Assembly: GCA_039818205.1 (NCBI GenBank)
Contig: JBCBUK010000011.1
Location: forward strand, 64,001-128,000
Length of the DNA: 64,000 bases
Direction of reading: 5' to 3'
From: Verrucomicrobiota bacterium
GTDB taxonomy: Bacteria > Verrucomicrobiota > Verrucomicrobiia > Opitutales > Cerasicoccaceae
Shown: positions 58,638 to 64,000 of the stretch, piece after piece
Layout of the letters: each line of letters begins with the position of its first letter
Numbering within the stretch: position 1 is the first letter of the stretch
Translations under genes and position numbers: made by a program
The notes under the pieces: model-generated
What the model was told of the DNA's origin: nothing
What the model saw: the letters and a program-made list of their open reading frames with translations, nothing else
Databases searched by the model: none

Positions 58638-59230
58638 ATTTTAAGGATCGTTTAAAAGTCTTTGGCGTCGGAGTCTTGCTTGGAGGTATCCTGGTCGCGG
58701 TCATAAAGAGCCGCCGTGAGCCGGAGCAGAATGAACGACCATCGGCCAATGCCTATCAATCGCCGGAAGACATTCAACGGGCAGCGGTCCCAGGGATTCT
58801 TGAGGCTTACGACGAGCGGGGCGTTCCAATGCAGTCAGATTTTATTGCCGCCTCACGATTGTATCCTCACGCAGACGAAAACAAATACGAGCGAGTCTTG
58901 GTCCTAAAAGGGCAGGAGTCCGAGCAGGTATTGCGGATTGTCGAGACGATCAAGAAGCCAGTCGAAGGGCGCGACGAGGGCGAGAAAGTTGTGAATGTTC
59001 GGGTGATGTCGGTCGACCAGGTCCGTGTCGAATTGCATCCAGGTTCACAGTCATCAAAACTGGCTAATGCGATCCGCCCTTGGGGGTATCGTGTGCTGAG
59101 GCGGGGCGACCGGGAGAATGTCTATATCGTGGTACTCAATAGTCAGGAACCGGAGGCGGTGCACGATGCGATTGAGAATTTGCGGACGGTTCCTGAGGTG
59201 TCTTATGGCTCGCCTTACTTCCTGGATTAG
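58634..59230 (+). CDS. Membrane-anchored hypothetical protein
   Basis: N-terminal TM (FGVGVLLGGILV); 198 aa. Confidence 0.65.
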   Translation: MNFKDRLKVFGVGVLLGGILVAVIKSRREPEQNERPSANAYQSPEDIQRAAVPGILEAYDERGVPMQSDFIAASRLYPHADENKYERVLVLKGQESEQVLRIVETIKKPVEGRDEGEKVVNVRVMSVDQVRVELHPGSQSSKLANAIRPWGYRVLRRGDRENVYIVVLNSQEPEAVHDAIENLRTVPEVSYGSPYFLD

Positions 59231-59323
59231 GGGGGCTGCGGTTATAAAAATACCCATATATTGTAACCGTTTATGAGGTGAGTTTGGTTGACATCTTCTT
59301 TGATACGATTCACCATTGTGTCT

Positions 59324-60079
59324 ATGAATCGAGCTATCACTGTAATTATGGCACTGTGCATGGGTGCCACTGCGTTTGCGGGGGAGGAGTTCCGCAAATT
59401 TACGAGCCAAGATGGTCGCGAGATGCGTGCGAAAATTGTTGAATCCGGCTCTCCGGACAAAGTGACCATTCAGCATGAAAATGGGACCTTTTATCGGGAC
59501 CTGAACCCGGAAATCTTTTCCTTCCAGGATCAGCGCTACATTCGTGAATGGCGCGAGAAGCAGCGTAAATCACTGGATGAGGCTGACTTGAGCTCGGATT
59601 CCCGCATCGAAGTACGTGTCTATCGCGGACGGGATGATGACCTGAATAAATACGGCAACGTCGATGATCGCGATGTGCGCTATGAGCCGAGCGTGGTGAT
59701 TGTCAATAAGGAGCTGGAGAAGTCCTATACGGGAATCCAGGGAACGGTGGTTTATGTTGGCCAAAGTGTTTTTGATCGAAAGGAGTTTAAGATTCTGAAT
59801 CGACAGGAGTTCACAATGGATGCTCCCCGGAAGAAGGAAACCGAGTGGAAGGGTGACCCGTTTCAAAACCTCTACGATGACGACGCATCGAATGGCCATG
59901 CCTTCGGCTACAAGTACGCCGGCTATCTCTTGGTGCTGAAAAACCGCGCCGGAGAAGTTGTCTTCACCAAGGGTTCCAAGGGGGATTGGGAAAACGCTCC
60001 TCAAAGCCTGATGCAAGCGAGCCTAAGAAGCTCCTACGCAAAGAACTTTCGCCGCGTTATCAATGCTCAAGCACGCTAG
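59324..60079 (+). CDS. Exported protein with an SHD1-like N-terminal domain
   Basis: Signal peptide then RKFTSQDGREMRAKI...FSFQDQRYI. Confidence 0.7.
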   Translation: MNRAITVIMALCMGATAFAGEEFRKFTSQDGREMRAKIVESGSPDKVTIQHENGTFYRDLNPEIFSFQDQRYIREWREKQRKSLDEADLSSDSRIEVRVYRGRDDDLNKYGNVDDRDVRYEPSVVIVNKELEKSYTGIQGTVVYVGQSVFDRKEFKILNRQEFTMDAPRKKETEWKGDPFQNLYDDDASNGHAFGYKYAGYLLVLKNRAGEVVFTKGSKGDWENAPQSLMQASLRSSYAKNFRRVINAQAR

Positions 60080-61190
60080 GCTCATGCACCTGGCCGGTTA
60101 GCTGCTCCAGAAAAGCAGCTTCGGCCTGGTTAGCCCATTCACGAAAGGTGGTGTTGGCCTCGCGGTCTTGTTTCAGGGCATCCATGAATGCGGTTAGATC
60201 GAAGGAATCTGCGGCCATGCCGGCACCGGCCTTGACTGCGTCGATCGCGTTGCACTGCTGTTCGAAATGCCCGCCGGTCGGTCGCATCATGACCATCTTG
60301 TCGAGAAACATCGCCTCGCAAATGGACTCAAACCCGGCCGTAGCGACGAACCCTTTGCAGTTCGCCATGCGCTCGAGAAATTTGGTTCCGCTTAGGCGGT
60401 GGAAAAACAGGTTGGGTTGATATTCTTCCGTCTCTGCCGCACCTGGGCGGTCCCAAAAACCATGAATCTGCACCTCCGGATTTTTCTTCTGCCAGTTGGC
60501 GACTTCCTCGGCGTAGCCGTCATTCAGAATATAGAGCAGGATGAAATCACCTGGTCGTGGTTCTAGGTTCAGCACTTCTTGGCGCAGAAGGGGTGGCATC
60601 ACAAATATCTTCCGGTCCGGCAGGTCATCCATCTTGCGGAAGGAGAGTGCAAGAAGCTTCTCCGCCCCGATCGCCGTCATCCAATTGTTGAAAAGCAACA
60701 AGGTTCGGTCGATGACTTTGCCCTCTGGAAATTCAAACTCCGGATGGTGAAGGAGATACTGATGGCCAACGCACATGATCTTGGCGTGCTTGGGCTTGAA
60801 GAACAAAAACGATAGCCCTGCTAGCAACTCATAGAAGTTGACGATAACGTCGGGCTTGGTCCGTCGGATACGGCGGCGGATGACGAAAAAACTCTTCAGG
60901 TAAAGGGGGAGCCGCAGGAGGTTCTTCAACACGGTGGGGCCGATCAGGATGCCACGCCGGTGGGCATCGACCACAAAGGTTGGGCTCCGAAACATGCGGA
61001 CGGGTGCCTGGATCCCTTCCTTGAAAAACTGTGGGATGTCTCGGCGGTCATTCTTGCCGACCAGGACTTGAGTCACTTCGTGCCCATTGGCTGTGAGCAG
61101 GCGTCGGAGCGCCATTGCCTGCGTGAAATGTCCACGACCTTCGCCTTGAATAATGAATACGAATTTCAGCTTTTTATCAGACACAAACAA
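60060..61190 (-). CDS. Glycosyltransferase (MJ1255/VC2487-like)
   Basis: QGEGRGH, TAGFESICEAM, GHFEQQCNA. Confidence 0.85.
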   Translation of the reverse strand: MFVSDKKLKFVFIIQGEGRGHFTQAMALRRLLTANGHEVTQVLVGKNDRRDIPQFFKEGIQAPVRMFRSPTFVVDAHRRGILIGPTVLKNLLRLPLYLKSFFVIRRRIRRTKPDVIVNFYELLAGLSFLFFKPKHAKIMCVGHQYLLHHPEFEFPEGKVIDRTLLLFNNWMTAIGAEKLLALSFRKMDDLPDRKIFVMPPLLRQEVLNLEPRPGDFILLYILNDGYAEEVANWQKKNPEVQIHGFWDRPGAAETEEYQPNLFFHRLSGTKFLERMANCKGFVATAGFESICEAMFLDKMVMMRPTGGHFEQQCNAIDAVKAGAGMAADSFDLTAFMDALKQDREANTTFREWANQAEAAFLEQLTGQVHEPSVLEH

Positions 61191-61247
61191 AGAAATATTA
61201 TTAATGAATCCAATCAGTGAGATGAATCAGCAATACACAACGGCGAA

Positions 61248-61700
61248 TTACCCACTGATTAGCAATAGGAAACCGATCGGCGTGAACACCCAATAATCGA
61301 TGGGCATACCTAGCCACCAGCGCGGGGCGTGCCACCAAATATTTTCCCGTTTGAATTTCTTGAGCCCATAGGCGGGGTTGATCGCGAACCACAGAAAATC
61401 CTCCAGAACCCAAAACAAGATGTAGAAGCCCAAGGCCTTGCGCTCGAGGTCCCAGCTCCAGGGTAATCCCATGAAAAAGGGAAAATGCACCATGATCAGC
61501 ATGAAAATGAGGATCGATAAATGATAGCCGGTTAGCGGTCGTCCTCCCCAGATTGTTACGACCCATGGCTTGTCGATCTTCCAAGTTGGCAGTTTTTCGG
61601 CCCAGCCGGCGCCTTCGATGCCTTCGGTATTGATCTCGATCCAGGCGAAGGCCAAGGCGGAGACAAACAAAAAGGCCAGCAAGAATAGGAGGTCGATCAT
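61248..61700 (-). CDS. Trp-rich membrane protein
   Basis: WIEINTEG, GWAEKLPTW, LTGYH, EDFLWFAINP. Confidence 0.7.
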   Translation of the reverse strand: MIDLLFLLAFLFVSALAFAWIEINTEGIEGAGWAEKLPTWKIDKPWVVTIWGGRPLTGYHLSILIFMLIMVHFPFFMGLPWSWDLERKALGFYILFWVLEDFLWFAINPAYGLKKFKRENIWWHAPRWWLGMPIDYWVFTPIGFLLLISG

Positions 61701-61855
61701 TTCCGGGAATTCAATTTGGGGCGACGAGTCTGCCGCAAATCAAACGATCGGGCCCATTGATACAATCGCGGAGTGCCCTCGTAACCGAAGTGTTACGTAT
61801 TTGGGGCAATTTCCTATTTAGGATTGTCCACTTCCATTAGATACTATGAATTGAC

Positions 61856-62902
61856 GTGATGAATCTGCTGCTGACCGGGTGGTTTCTGCTCATTGCCCTT
61901 TCTTTGGTTTATATCATTTGGGATTCATTCAAGAACACCCCGACGGGTGCCGTGATGAAGCTCGCCTGGGTGTTGGTCGGAGCCTACACCGGGCCAATCG
62001 GGGCTCTGATTTATTCCTTGTCGTGCCGAAAACCTAAAGATCGGAGCCACGATGAGTTCATTGCGCCGACCTGGAAACAGGCAACCGGTTCGCTGCTTCA
62101 TTGTGTGGCTGGCGACGCAACCGGTATCATTTTGGCGGCAATTATTGTCTCGTTTTTCGGACTCCCAAACGGTTTTGATCTCATCATTGAGTATGGGGCT
62201 GCCTTTATTGTTGGTCTTCTTATTTTTCAGGCACTGTTCATGATCAGCATGTATGGTGACTATTGGTTGGCGGTGCGGAAAACCCTTTTTGCGGAAACAG
62301 TTTCAATGAACATGGTCATGCTCGGAATGTTTCCGGTAATGTTGATTCTCAAGGAACACGTTCCTCATTCTGATAGCCCGGCTCGGCTGGAATTCTGGGG
62401 AGTCATGTCGGTGGCAACGATTGCCGCGATGATTACGGCTTATCCAATTAATTACTGGATGGTAAAGCGTGGTTTGAAGCACGGAATGATGTCGGCCAAA
62501 CCCAAATCAACGAAGCCAGAATTGATACCAGTGGCTGCCGATGGGGCAGGTTCGCATGGGAGAGGCGGCGCGATGGATATGGCAATGCCTCAACCCGACG
62601 ATGGCGGTGAACATAGGGGCCACACGATGAAGCACGACGCAATGGCACATAAGACTGGTGATCATACGGGGCACGCGATGGGGGCAAAGCCGAAGGCGTC
62701 CTCAGCGCACGCTGACATGGAGATGCCGGAGCATGGTGGTATGGATGGCCCTGTCGATAGCGGCCATGGCGAGCATAGTCGTCACGAGGCAGCGAGCTTA
62801 CCGGTAGGCCAGGCGGTGGGAATCGTTTTGGGCACCTTCGCCCTGCTATTTTTGGCGATATGGTTGACCAGCTTTTTGGTTCCAATTCGCTTCTCGAACT
62901 AG
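61856..62902 (+). CDS. DUF4396-like membrane protein with a His/Met-rich loop
   Basis: HCVAGDATG, YPINYWMVKRGLKHGM, His/Met-rich stretch before the last TM. Confidence 0.8.
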   Translation: MMNLLLTGWFLLIALSLVYIIWDSFKNTPTGAVMKLAWVLVGAYTGPIGALIYSLSCRKPKDRSHDEFIAPTWKQATGSLLHCVAGDATGIILAAIIVSFFGLPNGFDLIIEYGAAFIVGLLIFQALFMISMYGDYWLAVRKTLFAETVSMNMVMLGMFPVMLILKEHVPHSDSPARLEFWGVMSVATIAAMITAYPINYWMVKRGLKHGMMSAKPKSTKPELIPVAADGAGSHGRGGAMDMAMPQPDDGGEHRGHTMKHDAMAHKTGDHTGHAMGAKPKASSAHADMEMPEHGGMDGPVDSGHGEHSRHEAASLPVGQAVGIVLGTFALLFLAIWLTSFLVPIRFSN

Positions 62903-62942
62903 CAAACCGATTGAGTTGTTTGGTCGCTTCGCGGCGACATTG

Positions 62943-63578
62943 CTAAGCTTTTTTCTTCTGCGCGTTCAAGTGGGGGTAGGCGAGGTCTGCTGGATGCGGT
63001 AGCTTGAGGAAATCGCAGAGCCTTGCCATGGTCTCTCCTTTACAAATGTCAACTTCGAGCAGGTCGTCTTGGCGGTCAGCGAAATAGTCGATTACGGTGC
63101 GGTGGTGGTTCTCGTAGGTCTCCGTGAACCTCGACTCATCGTACGTTGCGGAGCCGTAGAAATTTTTCCGTATTCCAAAAATATCTGGGTCCTTTGATGG
63201 TTCAGCGAAGTGCACGGAGCAACTGCGCAGCCAGCTGCTAAGTTCACGTTTGGTCAGAATGTATTTGGTTTGCGGAAAAAGGCTGTCCAATTCCCGGAAG
63301 AAATGGACGACCGAGATATCCGTGAAGCCGTCATACATACCGAACCACCACTTCCAGTCGAGCGACAGGCTTCCATCTGTCTCCACTTTATAGATGGGTG
63401 GGAAGTGGACGGTCGGAATGCCTAAATTGGCCAGAGCCACACTGAGCGATGAGGTGCCCGTCCGGCTGAGGCCCAAGCAGATGACTTTTCGGCGATCCAA
63501 GCCGCGGTCACCCAGCAATTGGTATTGGATGCGGTTTCGCACCCGTTGGGCAAAGCTGGTTGAATCGGTAGCGCTCAC
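62943..63578 (-). CDS. Sulfotransferase-family protein
   Basis: GLSRTGTSSL, ILTKRELSSWLRS, LCDFL, YPHLN. Confidence 0.85.
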   Translation of the reverse strand: MSATDSTSFAQRVRNRIQYQLLGDRGLDRRKVICLGLSRTGTSSLSVALANLGIPTVHFPPIYKVETDGSLSLDWKWWFGMYDGFTDISVVHFFRELDSLFPQTKYILTKRELSSWLRSCSVHFAEPSKDPDIFGIRKNFYGSATYDESRFTETYENHHRTVIDYFADRQDDLLEVDICKGETMARLCDFLKLPHPADLAYPHLNAQKKKA

Positions 63579-63602
63579 GGAAGCCGGTGTTGGAATGGCG
63601 TG

Positions 63603-64000
63603 CTAGAACAAGTCTTTGTCGGTGACGGCGCCTTCGCTGGCGTTAGAAACAAGCTTAGCATACTTTGCCAGAATGCCGCGTTTCTCCTTCGCTGGGCGAG
63701 GTGTGTAGGCGGCCATGCGGGCATTGTATTCGTCGTCTGGGATCAAAACACTGATGCTGTTCTTCACCGCATCGATTTCGATGATGTCGCCGTCCTTAAC
63801 GATGCCAATGGGCCCGCCGCAAGCTGCTTCAGGGGTGATGTGACCGACATCGAAGCCGTGGCTGCCTCCAGAGAAGCGACCGTCGGTGATGAGAGCAACT
63901 TCTTTGATGAGACCACGCCCAGCAACCGCCGAGGTCGGAGAAAGCATTTCACGCATACCGGGTCCGCCAACGGGGCCTTCGTTGCGAATGACTACCACAT
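63603..64000 (-). CDS. ilvD: Dihydroxy-acid dehydratase, C-terminal part
   Basis: [32 protein letters not shown]. Confidence 0.95.
   Translation of the reverse strand, partial: VVVIRNEGPVGGPGMREMLSPTSAVAGRGLIKEVALITDGRFSGGSHGFDVGHITPEAACGGPIGIVKDGDIIEIDAVKNSISVLIPDDEYNARMAAYTPRPAKEKRGILAKYAKLVSNASEGAVTDKDLF

Overview
This is bacterial chromosomal DNA, probably Verrucomicrobiota/Opitutia. That placement is inferred from a PEP-CTERM protein, an SHD1-like protein, rpsP-trmD without rimM and the look of the conserved hypotheticals; no search was run. Bases 1-6310 are the right end of a podovirus-like prophage, with three putative ejection/internal-virion genes including a 1653-aa polyvalent-type protein. 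The prophage ends in the anticodon loop of a tRNA-Lys(UUU) of which only the 5' half remains. The rest is mostly housekeeping backbone (recR, rpe, lptE, bamD, fabH, plsX, aroA, eda, rpmF, pdxH, rpsP-trmD-rplS-rplI, kup, hisF, rmuC, SulP, Fpg, KamA, metF, ilvD) plus a 6S RNA-like gene. The best leads are: (1) a microbial-rhodopsin-fold protein lacking the retinal lysine; (2) the non-restored tRNA-Lys attachment site; (3) a three-gene ParA/MinD-family module whose partner, not the ATPase, carries a MinD-type membrane-targeting tail; (4) an orphan cNMP-binding/GspE-PilB ATPase fusion; (5) a candidate sigma28-driven ~100-nt small RNA. All calls come from motif recognition by eye. No CRISPR array or IS element was seen.
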